A stretch of 64,000 bases of DNA, from contig NC_086108.1 of the NCBI RefSeq assembly GCF_963921235.1, positions 102,984,001 to 103,048,000 of the forward strand. Direction: 5' to 3'. This document shows, piece after piece, positions 37,151 through 50,084 of this stretch (the first letter of the stretch is position 1; every line of letters starts with the position of its first letter). This DNA is from Mobula hypostoma (Eukaryota). Below the pieces are notes generated by a model, which was not told where the DNA came from, did not search any database, and worked only from the letters and a program-made list of their open reading frames with translations. The position numbers and the translations under genes were made by a program.

Positions 37151-38504
37151 TCGTGCATTGAGTTGTTGCCACATGATTGGCTATTTAGATATTTGCATTA
37201 ACAAGCAGGTCTGCAAGTATTCCTAATGAAGTGGCTACTGAAGGTATATTATTGTAATTTATATTTTTTTTATGTATTGCACTGGACAGCTGCCTCAAAA
37301 CAACAAATTTCACAACCTATGCCAGTGATATCAAACTTAATTCTGATTCCAATTCTGTTCAGTTAGCATAACATAACAAGAAAGGAAAATGCTAGAATTT
37401 ATCATTAGGGAAGTGATAGCAGAGGATTTAAATAACAAGACAGTTAAGAGTCCTTATTGATTGATGAAAGGGAAGGCATGTTTGACCGGTCTGCTCAAGT
37501 ATTTTGGGGGTTGTAACTAGCAGATAGCATGAGAATGAACAGTTCTTGTGGTGTATTTGCCTTTCACGAGGCTTTGATAGATGTCCCACAAGAGGTTATT
37601 AAAAAGATTTAAACATAGTGGGATAATAATCAAATCAGGTTTATTATAACTGGCATTATCATGTGAAATGTGTTGTTTTATGGCAGCAGTGCAATGCATA
37701 AGTTACAAAATATAAGATTAGTGCATTAAATAAAGATGAAGAAGGTAGTGTGCTTGGGTTCATGGGCTATTTAGGAATCTGATGTCAGAAGGGAAGAAGG
37801 TATTTCTGAAACTGTAAACGCAAGAGATTCTGCAGAGGCAGGAAGTCCAGAGTAGCACACACAAAACAGGCGATGTTCGTTCCTCGCCATTGTTGCTGTC
37901 TGACCTGCTGAGTTCCTGTGTGTGTTCCTTCATCATTGAGTGTGGGTCTTCAGGCTCCTGCAACTGAGGAGGCACGTCCTGGATGGCGAGGGTCCTTGGT
38001 AATAGATGCTGACCTTTGAAACTCCACCTCTAGAAGATATCGTCGATGTGAGGAACATTCAAACTTCTAAGGAAATATATTATCAAAAGTATGTATGTCA
38101 CCATATACTACCTTGAGAAGTAAGATTGCGGAGGTTGTGGAGTAAGTTCAGCGTTAAAGTGAGTGAAGTTGTCCACGCTGGTTTAGGAACCTGATGGTGA
38201 TAGGGTAGTAACTGTTCCTGACTCTAATGATATGGGACCCAAGGTTGTGCCCATGATGGAGCCTACAACCATCTGGAGACTCGTGCAGCCATGCTCATTG
38301 AGCCTTCCAGGCAGTGATGTAACCAGTCAGTGTGCTCTTCACTCTACATCCATAGAAATTTATAATCAAAATATTATGGATTTGTGGTTGGTTAGGATTG
38401 AAAAATGGCAGAGATATTCAATAATTAATTTGGATTAGTTTATATCTAGAAGACACTTAAATCATGCTAATAATGAGAGATAACCCAGGAGATGCAGGGT
38501 CCAT

Positions 38505-39075
38505 CTTCACCATCATCATTATGTGCCATGTCGTATGATGTAGGCAATCACCATGATTGTTTTTGGCAATTTTTTCAACAGAAATGGTTGCCATTGCCTT
38601 CTTCTGGGCAGTGTCTTTACAAGAAGGGTGACCACAGCCATTATCAATACTCTTCAGAGATTGTCTTGCCTGGCGACTATGGTCACATAACCAGTACTTG
38701 TGATGTGCACCAGCTGCTCATATGACCATCCACCACCTGCTCCCATGGTTTCACATGACCCTGATCGGGGGGCTGAGCCCGGGGTGACCTCCAGGCTAGT
38801 GGAGGAAGGGAGCACCTTACACCTTCTGTGTTGTTTTTCCTTCCTGCGCCCTGTGGCGCATCGGGCTGCCACCTTGCAGTTTCTTTAACATTTTTGTCTG
38901 GTTTTTTACGAGGCCGAGTTTCTAGTTGAACTGCCAACCCAGCACAGATAGAAAGCATACAAGGGCCAGTCAGATTTGAACCTGGGACCACCTGCCTCAA
39001 AGTCTGGTACAGATGCCATTACACCACCGGCTGGCTTACCCCTCCTTTGGTAGAGACGTATCTACCCCCACCAGC
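38505..39075 (-). mobile_element. RTE-derived bipartite element with a nested tRNA SINE (about 38830-39036)
   Basis: Minus strand has gaaggcaatggcaacc (BovA/RTE-like) and a (TGA)n tail. The nested SINE has decayed A/B boxes and flanks ttacaccttct / ttacccctcct. Confidence 0.55.
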
Positions 39076-39174
39076 CACGTGTGTGGTTGGTTAGAACAGA
39101 AAAATGGCAAGAGATTTTAAATAATTATTTTTGATTAGTTTATTTCTAGAAGAAACTAAAATCATCCCTGTAAT

Positions 39175-39815
39175 TAGATTAGATTATGAGGACATTCAGT
39201 CCTCGTTTATTGTCATTTAGAAATGCATGCATTAAGAAATGATACAATGTTCCTCCAGTATGATATCACAGAAACACAGGACAGACCAAGACAAAAACTG
39301 ACAAAAACCACATAATTATAACATATAGTTACAATTGTGCAGAGCAATACTGTAATGGGCATGGGCACGGTAAAAAAAAACTCTCAAAGTCCCGATAGCC
39401 CCAACATCTCATGCAGACTTTAGAAGGGAGAAACTCTCCCTGCCATGAACCTCCAGCGCCGCAAACTTGCCGATGCAGCATCCTGGAAGTACCCGACCAC
39501 AGCCGACTTTGAGTCCATCCGAAAACTTCGAGCCTCCGACACCGAGCACTATCTCTGCCGAGCACTTCGACCCCGCCCCGGCCACTAAGCAACAAGTAAA
39601 GCCGAGAACTCGGGACCTTCCCCTCCGGAGATTTCGGATCACACAGTAGCAAGCGGCAGCGAAACAGGCATTTCGGAAGTTTGAACAGATGTTCCTCCCT
39701 GCTCTCACGTCTGCCTCCATCAGATCAGAATTGTGCACTGCACCCTACTTGACAGATAACAGATATCATCACCGGAGTGGCCGCATGCGCTGCGTCGTGC
39801 TGCCATCTTCTCTCC
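39175..39815 (-). mobile_element. ~640-bp non-autonomous retroelement
   Basis: Minus strand starts with a CpG-rich AAGATGGC head and ends gacaataaac...(TCTAA)n. No RT coding sequence. Confidence 0.55.
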
Positions 39816-40169
39816 TTGATGGGTAACCAAGGAGATATAGAGTGCAAGAAGCTTAAAGCAAGCTCTACCACCAGAGAAAAGGAAAATTTAAGCCTGCCAA
39901 GTTCTTTGGACTGATGCCCAGTATTCTAAGGTCTTAAAGGTCTTAAACAAAGTGGTTTCAGAGGTAGTGAATATATTAGGTTGCAGTGTACCAGAATTCC
40001 CTGGATACCTGAGAAGTGCCAGAGGACTGGAAAGCTGCCAACATAATAAACTGTTCAATAAGGGAAGAACTCAAAAAGCAGGAGAGTGTAGACCAATTAG
40101 TCATTGGGACGCTGGAATCCAATATGAAGGTGACAATGGCAATATATTTCGAATACCAAAAATAACAAA

Positions 40170-40985
40170 ATAAAGAGAATATTGGAAAGTGTATGGTTCT
40201 GCATTTTGGCAGAAGAAATAAACGGGCAGACTATTATTTAAATGGGGAGAGAATTCAAAGTTCTGAGATGCAACGGGACTTGGGAGTCCTCGTACAGGGT
40301 ACCCTTAACCTCCAGGTCGAGTCGTTGGTGAAGAAGGCGAATGCAATGTTGGCATTCATTTCTAGAGGAATAGAGTATAGGAGCAGGGATGTGATGTTGA
40401 GGCTCTATAAGGCGCTGGTGAGACCTCACTTGGAGTACTGTGGGCAGTTTTGGTCTCCTTATTTAAGAAACAATGTGCTGATGTTGGAGAGGGTACAGAG
40501 AAGATTCACTAGAATGATTCCGGGAATGAGAGGGTTAACATATGAGCAATGTTTGTCCGCTCTTGGACTGTATTCGTTGGAGTTTAGAAGAATGAGAGGA
40601 GACCTCATAGAAAAATTTCGAATGTTGAAAGGCATGGATAGGGTGGATGTGGCAAAGTTGTTTCCCATGATGGGGGAGTCTAGTACGAGAGGGCATGACT
40701 TAGGGATTGAAGGGTGCCCATTCAGAACAGAGAAGCGAAGAAATTTTTTTAGCCAGAGGGTGATGAATCTATGGAATTTGTTGCCATGGGCGGCAGTGGA
40801 GGCCAAGTCATTGGGTGTATTTAAGGCAGAGATTGATAGGTATCTGAGTAGCCAGAGCATCAAAGGTTATGGTGAGAAGGTGGGGGAGTGGGACTAAGTG
40901 GGAGAATGGATCAGCTCATGATAAAATGGTGGAGCAGACTCGATGGGCTGAATGGCTGACTTCTGCTCCTTTGTCTTATGGTCTA
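40170..40985 (+). mobile_element. CR1 LINE 3' fragment
   Basis: 234-aa RT C-terminal ORF 40193-40897 plus 3' UTR. Confidence 0.85.
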
Positions 40986-42419
40986 ATATGGAAGAGAAAT
41001 CACAAACAATAGGCTCTGCAGGTACTGGAAATCCAGAGTAACAAACAGAAAATGCAGGTGAAACGCAACAGCTTAGGTAGTATCTATAGAGAGGAATAGA
41101 GTTGATATTATGAGCCAGGACTGTGCATCAGCACTGGTGAAGGCTCTCGGCCTATGCAGCTGTAAAAATAAATAAATAAATATTAGAGGGAACGTTGTGA
41201 GCAGCCCACAATTGTTGTCATGTTTCAAACACTAACGTAGCATGCTCACAACTCACGAACCATAACTTGTTCATCTTTGGAACGTGGGAGGAAACCGCAG
41301 CACCCAGAGGAAACTCATGCGGCCACAGGGGGAGTAAACAAACTACTTGCAGACAGTGGCGTGAACCTACAAAGAGAGTGGCGGGCGCCCGGAACGCACT
41401 GCCACGAGTGGTGGTGGAAGCAGGTTTGATGGAGGCTCTTCGGCACATAAATGTGCTGGGAATGGAGGGATGCTTGATGTTTTTCTTAGAACAGGTTGAT
41501 TCCAGGGTTTTCTTCGTTTCGTGGCTGTCTGTGGGGAAGACAAATCTTGGGGTTGTATATTGCATTCGTACTTTGTACTTTGAGCCTTTGATATGGACTT
41601 GTTTAGGTAGAAAAGATTGGTTGGGTGTTCATCTCGGCACAGCATTGTAAATTGAAGGGCCTGTTCCTGTACTGTACTTCTTTGTGTTCGATCTGTTTAT
41701 AACCCGAGTGGTTCCTGAGTCAGACGTAAACAGCAGTCCGTGGGAGAGGTCACAGAAACAGCAGTGTCGGGAAAGCGAGCAGTCACTGGCTGGCCTCACT
41801 GAGTCAGTGAACGTGCGAGTCTTGCTCCGTGCTGCCAGCTTTGCTCGGGACAGCTCCTGACCGTTGCAGCTCGGGCAGGGAGTCGGGAGAGAAGGCACAA
41901 AATGCCCCAATCACACCTGGCGGAAGATACCTGAGGCAGTTAGTGAATCCATCCTGCCAAATGCTTGCTCGTATGCACAAGCTGGGCGTTTGCAACCCAG
42001 GGAGGACCTGTAGTATATGAGTCATGCTCAAAGAATCTATTTACCATGCGTAGAGTTAAATCCATTCAATGTATCGCCTTGTCAGCCTCGCTCTCTGTGA
42101 AATGTCAGTGGAAGAATTACTTCAGATTAGCATTTTCACACTGATGTGTGCACAACATCAGTATTCCTTGCAGTTGCTTAGAGAGAGACGGAATATGAAT
42201 ATTACATTGACAAGTTCCATTTAGGAATTGTGAGCTTTTTGTTTTATTTAAGTCGAATTCTGGATGACACACCAAATCAGTGTAAGAATTTACTCAACTT
42301 CCAGCTCTTAGAATACAATTTTTTTCAAAGTGTTGCTACCATAGAATTTTCTTTATGTTAGACTGCTTTAATCTGAACACAAATATAATTTCAGGCTTCT
42401 TGTATTACATAGGAATTTG

Positions 42420-43109
42420 GAGAAACAAGAAATCAACTTTTATTGAATATAATGCATTTGATTAATTGCATAATAGTGCTGACGGTTTACAATAGTTCAA
42501 CTAAGCTAAAAATGTTTTCTTAATGATTTTCATTTGTACACTGTCTGAGGCTTCTCGCGTACGTGTCCAACAATAATCAGCCAACATTATGGATTCCGGT
42601 TGCCCTGATACTTTCTCTCTATGACCACAATGTCTTGGTGAAAACCTTCACCATGGTCATCACTGACAGCATCAAGATCTGCAGGAAAAAAAAGTCTAAA
42701 TAGGAATGCAAAATATATATCTTTAGTGACATGTTGCACTTTATGGTTTTGTATACTTGAAGCATGTTGTCAACCAGATGCACGTAGTTTGCTGCTCTGT
42801 AGTTGCCAGGAAAATTTTCACCAATGCCCTTGAATGCTTTCCATGTGATTTTCTCTGGTCCCACCAGAAGTTCTTCGAATTCCCTGACATTGATGATCTC
42901 TTTGATTTGTGGACCAACAAAAATGTCTTCCTTAATCTTGGCATCATTTATTCTGATTTGAATTATGAATTGAAATAACAAATATAATCAACAGCAACAA
43001 AAAGTGGTGCACGATAGGGAAATTTCATAGTGATTTTCATGATCAGCAGCCCAAAATCCATAGGATATACCTAAAAGTATTTGGGAAATAAAATCTTTGT
43101 TGTCCTGTG
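42420..43109 (-). mobile_element. Chapaev3-like (CMC) DNA transposon remnant
   Basis: IKEDIFVGPQI...CNMSLKIYILHSYLDFF / AVSDDHGEGFHQDI...ADYCW transposase C-terminus. End CACAGGACAACAAAGATTTT at 43109 on the minus strand. Family call from recalled motifs. Confidence 0.6.
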
Positions 43110-43335
43110 ATAGTTGCCAGAATTTTTGTTAGCATTAAGAGATTTTGCTTTTGTGGGGAGCCTGGATTTGTTCTTTAGAATGGACGAGGGTCAGGGGAAA
43201 GTTTTAGACCAAGTGTCATCAAGTCTCAGAATTGGAACTGGTTTATTATTTTACATGGACTGAGATATGGTGAAAAGCTGTTCATACAGATCAGATCATT
43301 ACATAGTGCATTGAGGTAGAACAAGGTAAAACAAT

Positions 43336-44378
43336 TTTCAGAATGGCAGGCAGTGACTAGTGGGGTACCGCAAGGCTCAGTGCTGGGACCCCAGTTGTTT
43401 ACAATATATATTAATGACTTGGATGAGGGAATTAAATGCAGCATCTCCAAGTTTGCGGATGACACGAAGCTGGGTGACAGTGTTAGCTGTGAGGAGGATG
43501 CTAAGAAGATGCAGGGTGACTTGGATAGGTTGGGTGAGTGGGCAAATTCATGGCAGATGCAATTTAATGTGGATAAATGTGAAGTTATCCACTTTGGTGG
43601 CAAAAATAGGAAAACAGATTATTATCTGAATGGTGGCCGATTAGGAAAAGGGGAGGTGCAACGATCCTGGGTGTCATTATACACCAGTCATTGAAAGTGG
43701 GCATGCAGGTACAGCAGGCGGTGAAAAAGGCGAATGGTATGCTGGCATTTATAGCGAGAGGATTCGAGTACAGGAGCAGGGAGGTACTACTGCAGTTGTA
43801 CAAGGCCTTGGTGAGACCACACCTGGAGTATTGTGTGCAGTTTTGGTCCCCTAATCTGAGGAAAGACATCCTTGCCATAGAGGGAGTACAAAGAAGGTTC
43901 ACCAGATTGATTCGTGGGATGGCAGGACTTTCATATGAAGAAAGACTGGATGAACTAGGCTTGTACTCGTTGGAATTTAGAAGATTGAGGGGGGATCTGA
44001 TTGAAACGTATAAAATCCTAAAGGGATTGGACAGGCTAGATGCAGGAAGATTGTTCCCGATGTTGGGGAAGTCCAGAACGAGGGGTCACAGTTTGAGGTT
44101 AAAGGGGAAGCCTTTTAGGACTGAGATTAGGAAAAACTTCTTCACACAGAGAGTGGTGAATCTGTGGAATTCTCTGCCACAGGAAACAGTTGAGGCCGGT
44201 TCATTGGCTATATTTAAGAGGGAGTTAGATTTGGCCCTTGTGGCTACGGGGATCAGGGGGTATGGAGGGAAGGCTGGTGCAGGGTTCTGAGTTGGATGAT
44301 CAGCCATGATCATAATAAATGGCGGTGCAGGCTTGAAGGGCCGATTAGCCTACTCCTGCACCTACTTTCTATGTTTCT
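43336..44378 (+). mobile_element. Young 5'-truncated CR1 LINE
   Basis: PQGSVLGP and FADD motifs, one frameshift near 43665, TSD aacaat (43330-43335, 44379-44384). Confidence 0.9.
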
Positions 44379-44567
44379 AACAATAACAATGCAGAATAAA
44401 GTGTGATGGTTACAGAGAAAGTGCAGTGCAGGTAGATAATAAAGTGCAAGATCATTATGAGATTGTGAGTTCAAGATTCCTACTTTTTTAAAAAATTATT
44501 TAGTGAGATACAGTGCAGAATAGGCCCTTTTAGGCCCTTTGAGCCATACAGTACAGCAACTCCCAAA

Positions 44568-46178
44568 TGTTGCGGTGCTGTCGACATTGCGGCCTCTGTC
44601 CCAGATGAGCTCAATCACTTTTACGCTCAGTTCAATGTCGCTAACTCTGAGCCTCCGAGGAAAGCCACCGCCTCAGCCTGCAACCTGGTCATCTCTGAGG
44701 CTGAGGTACGCAGACGTTTCCGACGAGTGGACCGTCGCAAGGCTGCGGGACCGTACGGCATCCCAGGGCGGGTACTCAGGATGTGCGCGGCACAAATGGC
44801 AGGTGTGTTTACAGACATTTTTAATCTCTCCCTCTCCCAGTGTAGAGTGCCCTCCTGTTTCAAATTATCCACCATTATCGCTGTACCAAAAAAGACCAAG
44901 GTAACATGCCTGAACGACTGGCGTCCTGTCGCACTCACCTCAATAATAAGCAAATAATTTGAGAGCCTAGTCAAGGACTACATCTGCAGTTTGTTACTAC
45001 CCAAACTGGACCACCTACAATTCATCTACTGACACAACCGATTGACAGATGCTGCAATAGCCGCTGCGCCACACACCGTCCTTACACATCTGGAGAAGAA
45101 GGATGCTTATGTGAGAATGCAGTTCTTGGACTACAGTTCAGCATTCAACACCATAGTTCCATCCAGGCTCGACAAGAAGCTCAGAGACCTCGGCCTTGAC
45201 CCTGCCTTGTGCAGCTGGATCCTGAACTTGCTGTCAGATCGCCGGCAGGTTGTAAGGGTGGGCTCCCTCATCTCCAACCCTCTGACTCTCAATACAAGAG
45301 CCCTTCAGGGCTGCATACTGAGTCCCCTCCTTTACTTCCTGTATACCCATGACTGTGTCGCCACCCACGCTCCAATCTGCTAATTAACTTTGTTGATGAC
45401 ACTACATTGATTGGCCTTATCTCAAACAATAACGAGGTGGCCTACAGGGAAGAAGTCATCTCTCTGACACAGTGGTGTCAAGAAAACAACCTCTTCCTCA
45501 ATGTTGCAAAACAAGGGAGCTGGTTGTGGACTACAGGAGGAATGGAAATGGGCTAACCCCTATTGACATCAATGGATCTGGGGTTGAGAGGGTAAACGGC
45601 TTTAAATTCCTTGGCATACACATCACCGAGGAGCTCACGTGGTCTGTACACACCAACTGTGTGGTGAAAAAGGCACAACAGCGCCTCGTTCACCTCAGAC
45701 AGTTGAATCCTAAGAACTTTCTACAAGTGCACAATTGAGAGCATCCTGACTGGCTACATCACTGCCTGGTATGGGATCTGTACCTCCCTTAATCGCAAGA
45801 CTCTGCAGAGAGTGATGCAGACAGCCCAGCGCATCTGTAGTTGTGAACTTCCCATGGTTCAGGACATTTACGAGGACGGGTGTGTAAAAAGGGGCCCGCA
45901 GGATCACTGGGGGCCCAAGCCATCCCAACCACAATCTATTCCAGCTGCTACCATCTGGGAGGTGGTACTGTAGCATAAAAGCCAGGACTAAAAGGCTCCA
46001 GGACAGCTTCTTCTACTAGGCCATCAGACTGATGAACTCACACTGACTTGTGTACTCTGTGACTGTTCTATTTATTATAAATTACTGTGATTGCCCATTG
46101 CACATTTAAATGGAGACGTAACATAAAGATTTTACGTGAAGGATGTAAGAAATCAATTCAATTCAATTCAATTCAATA
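44568..46178 (+). mobile_element. Rex1/Babar-type retrotransposon (RT, 5'-truncated) inside a SINE
   Basis: KAAGPYGIPGRVL, NDWRPVALT, DYSSAFNT and QGCILSPLL motifs; (CAATT)n tail. The host SINE resumes at 46179. Confidence 0.85.
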
Positions 46179-46370
46179 ACCCTAGCCTAATCATGGGAAA
46201 ATTTACTATGGCCAATTAACCTACAAAAAGGTAGGTCTTTATACTGTGGGAGGAAACCCACATGGTCACGGGCAGAATGTACAAACTCCCTAGAGGCAGC
46301 GGAGGGAATTGAACTCGGGTCACCTGTACTGTAAAGGGTTGTGCTAACCACTACGCTACCATGCTGCCCA
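46179..46370 (-). mobile_element. tRNA-derived V-SINE (HE1-like), representative copy
   Basis: Minus strand ggtagcgtagtggttagc (A box) ... gagttcaattcc (B box) ... gggtttcctcccaca (V-domain-like). Further copies at about 2850, 7870, 10950, 41200, 47585, 54830 and 57430. Confidence 0.65.
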
Positions 46371-46720
46371 ACCTACTGCCCCTTAACAGGGAAAGTAAAT
46401 AGACAAGCCTGGTGGTACATGCTTTCAGGCTTTTGTCAAGGAAACAGGCCCCTCGGCCCATCTGGTCCTTACTAGCCAAGATGTCCACCTAAACTAGTCC
46501 CGCATGCTCATGTTTGATCCATAATCCCTCTAAACCTTACTGTGTTATGAATTATGTAGTTACAATTAACTTTAAATAGTATGCTATATTATAATATAAT
46601 TTATATATATCGCACATGTAATTATAAAATATCTGTCTTATGAGCGTCATCATTATACTTGCCCCAACCATTTCCTCTGGCAGCCGATTCGTATACAGAC
46701 CGCCCTCTGCATTAAGAAAC

Positions 46721-46998
46721 TTTTTATTTTGGCGTGTGCGTGCGAGTCTGTGCGCGTCCGTGCAAGCGTCCGTGATGATGTTACAAGGCGCGGAGTGAGA
46801 GAGAGACTGTGTGACGGGCCACTCCTCACACAGACATTTCGCAGTATTTTCCCTTTATGTTTACGAGGTCGAGTTGCGATCTCGACACTCAACCCAGCAC
46901 GGATGGAAAGCGTACTCGGGAGCGGACCCGACTGGTTTTGAACCCGGGAACCTCCGCTCCCAGGTCCAGCGCCGATGTCATTGCACCACTAGCTGGCC
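46721..46998 (-). mobile_element. tRNA-derived SINE, second copy
   Basis: Closely matches 14461-14740; A/B boxes and an A-rich tail. Confidence 0.8.
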
Positions 46999-47904
46999 CG
47001 AAGAAGAAGCAGTTATTAATAAAGTATTTCATCGGTTTCTTTGTTTTGTTTGCCTCTGATAAGTAGTCGCTGGGCTTCACCAACGCTATGTTAAACCAGA
47101 AGATCAGAGTTGAACCCGGGTTGTTGATGCTCTAGTAGTTATACATTAACCACAACACCACTCTGCTGTCCTGTTACCACTGACCTTTATTGTGTCATAA
47201 AAATTGTTGTTTTGCAGCAGCAGTACAGTGCAAGGCATAGAAATGACTATAGGATACAAAAGTAAATAAATAATGTAAAAAAAACACAAATTTAACGATG
47301 CAGTGTTGGTGGGTTCATGGACCGTTCAGGAATCTGATGGCGGAGCAGAAGAAGCTGTTCCTGATTCATTGACTGTAGGTCGTCAGGTTTCTGTACCTGC
47401 TCTCTGATGGTGGTAATAAGAAGAGGGCGGGCCCTGGATGGTGAGGGTCCTTAGTGATGAATGCCCCTTTCTTGAGACACTGCCTTTTGAAGATGACGTG
47501 GCTTTTAGTCACTGAACTAGAACTAGGCGTGAAGTGCTGGGGGACAGCTGCATCAGTGCTCTGTCTATCTTCAGCAAACCTCAGAGTGGCATGGTAGTGT
47601 AGCAGATAGCGTGACCCTATTATACTGCCAGTGACCCGGGCTCAATTCCCACCCCGTCTGTAAGGAGTTTGCATTTTTTTAAATTATTATTATTTAAAGA
47701 TGCAGTACAGTAACAGGTCCTAACCCGGAAGAAACCCACATCGTCAAATGCAGGGAGAACATACAAACTCCTTACAGGCAAGCTGCGGGAATTGAACGCT
47801 GGTCACGTGTACTGTAAAGCGATGTGCTGACCACTACGCCACCCTGCTGCCTGTGTAGCACTGGACAGCATGGGTTCATTGGCCCAGAAGCTGTATCTCT
47901 AATT

Positions 47905-49509
47905 CATCATCATAGCTTGTCACGCCAGGCAGCCAGCCACTCTAGTGTTGTTTGGTTGATGTTGAGCAGGTCAGTGTCAGTTAAATCAGGTGAGAGTGGG
48001 CAGTTGCGCAGAACGTGTTCAATATTCTGCACCCTTTCGCCACACTCACAGGATTCGCTGGTCTTTAAACCCCACTTCACCATATTGTCTCCTGTCCTAC
48101 AAACTCCTGCTCTCGCTCTGTTGAGAGTACACCACTTCCGTCTGTCAAGCAGTGCCCCGTCTGGCAACATTTCTGTGGGGCCTTGCACTGTATTGGTTGG
48201 TGGGGTTCTGGCTTCTGTTTGTTGCCAGAGGTCAATCCTGTACGTCTGGGGGGATGTTCCAGGCGGTAGTTCCTCCTCTGTAGCAAAGCTTTTCCTCGAT
48301 TTTAGGCGGTGGGAAACTGGCACATGATGGTGTAGTGGGTGCCGTGGATCCGAGTTCTGTTTACCTTTTTCAATTTTTGTTGTAGTGTGTCTTTGGATCT
48401 CTAGGGGAGCAATGCCTGCAGGTCTGTAAATGATGTTAGTGGGTGTGGGGCGCAGTGTGCCCGTGATTATTCGGCAGGCTTCGTTAAGCAACGAGTCTAT
48501 TTTCTTCGCATGGGCTGATCTGCCCCACACAGGTGCACAGTATTCTGCAGGTGCATAGCAGAGTGCTAGGGCAGTTGATCTAAGTGTGTGAGCATTAGCT
48601 CCCCATTTCGTGCCTGCTAATTATTTCAAGAGAGAATTGCGAGAGCCAACTTTCCCTCGGAGTTTTTGGATGTGGGTGGCAAATGAGAGTGTCCTATCCA
48701 GTGTCACGCCCAGGTAAATTGGAGTCGGGTGGTGTTCGAGCTCCTTCCCACACCAGAAGATCTTGAGTTTCCGAGCTGCTTCTCGACGACTCAAGTGGAA
48801 TGCACACATTGAGTTTTTGATGGATTTAGGTTCAGAGACCATTTTTCATAATGCTGCTTCATTGCTTCAAGGACTGCTGTAAGTCGTACTTCAACTTCTT
48901 GGAAGGAGTTAGCTTGTGTTGCTATGCATAGGTCGTCTGCATAGATAAACCTGCGTGTGTTAGGAAAGGTTGGTTAGTCGTCTGTGTAAACATTAAATAG
49001 TAGAGGTGCCAGGACTGATCCCTGTGGTAGTCCGTTCTTTTGTGGACACCACCTACTCTTAATTCCATTCATTTCTACATAATTTCTACAATTTTCTAGG
49101 AGGCTTCTTATTACTTTGACTGTGGTTTCGTTCTTTAACATTTTAGATAATTTCAGTAGAAGGCCTCTGTGATTCACAATGTTGTATGTTGCTGTTAAGT
49201 CCATGAATACTGCCCCTGTAATTTGTCGCATTTCAAACCCATCCTCAATATACTGGGTTAAGTTCAGGACTTGACTGCAGCAAGAGCAGCCTGGCCTGAA
49301 CCCGGCTTGGTCTGGTGTTAGAAGATCTTTGACTAAGGGGGATATTCTTTTCAGTATGAGTCTCTCGTAGAGTTTACAGAGGGTGCAGAGCAAGGAAATT
49401 GGTCTGTAGTTTTTAGGAATGTTGGGGTCTTTATTGGGTTTTAGGAGAGCAACAACTTTGGCTCTTCTCCACTTTTTAGGTATCTTTAATGATCTTAGGC
49501 CACAGTTAA
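47905..49509 (-). mobile_element. Vingi/Ingi-like non-LTR retrotransposon, 5'-truncated
   Basis: RT (NYRPISLL, QAGFRPG, GLPQGSVLAP, YADD), CAPVWGRSAH, a C-terminal CECG..H...C motif and a (TGA)n tail. 10-bp TSD atctctaatt (47895-47904, 49510-49519). Several stops and frameshifts. Confidence 0.8.
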
Positions 49510-49554
49510 ATCTCTAATTAAAATTACATTAATCTTCCCTCTCTGGTGTGTCAG

Positions 49555-49964
49555 GCCCTTCAGGTGCACTGTAAGAGCTGCGCTCTGGTCACCAGCTCTG
49601 GACATCTCATTGGGAGTAAGCGAGGGGCGGAGATCGACCAGGTGGAGTGCGTCATCCGGATGAACGACGCGCCGACCCTGGGCTACCAGGAGGACGTGGG
49701 CCGCAGGACCAGCCTGCGGGTGGTGGCCCACTCCAGCATCCAGCGGCTGCTGCAGAAGGGCAGCCAGCTGCTCAACGCCAGCCGGGAGCCGGCCTTCATC
49801 TTCTGGGGTCCCAGCAGCTGCCTGAGGAGGGACGGCAAGGGGCGGCTGTACAACCAGCTGCAGCTTATCCACCGCATCGCGCCTCGCCTGAAGCTACACA
49901 CCATCAGCCGGCAGAAGATGCTGCATTTCGACCAGCTCTTCGAGAGGGAGACCGGCAAGGACAG
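49555..49964 (+). CDS. ST6GALNAC5: ST6GALNAC5-like coding exon 3 (sialylmotif L, GT29 domain)
   Basis: Acceptor tgtcag| at 49554. Encodes ALQVHCKSCALVTSSGHLIGSKRGAEIDQVECVIRMNDAPTLGYQEDVGRRTSLRVVAHSS...FIFWGP...FERETGKDR. Donor AG|gtaaga; 410 nt, ends in phase 2. Confidence 0.95.
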
Positions 49965-50084
49965 GTAAGACGTCCCACCCACCCACCTTGTCCCTTCTCA
50001 CCCACGCTCACCAACCCGCCCCGGCTCCCAGTACAGCAACACCTCAACTTCAGGGTTTGCATCCACCTTCTCCCCCTCTCGGTG

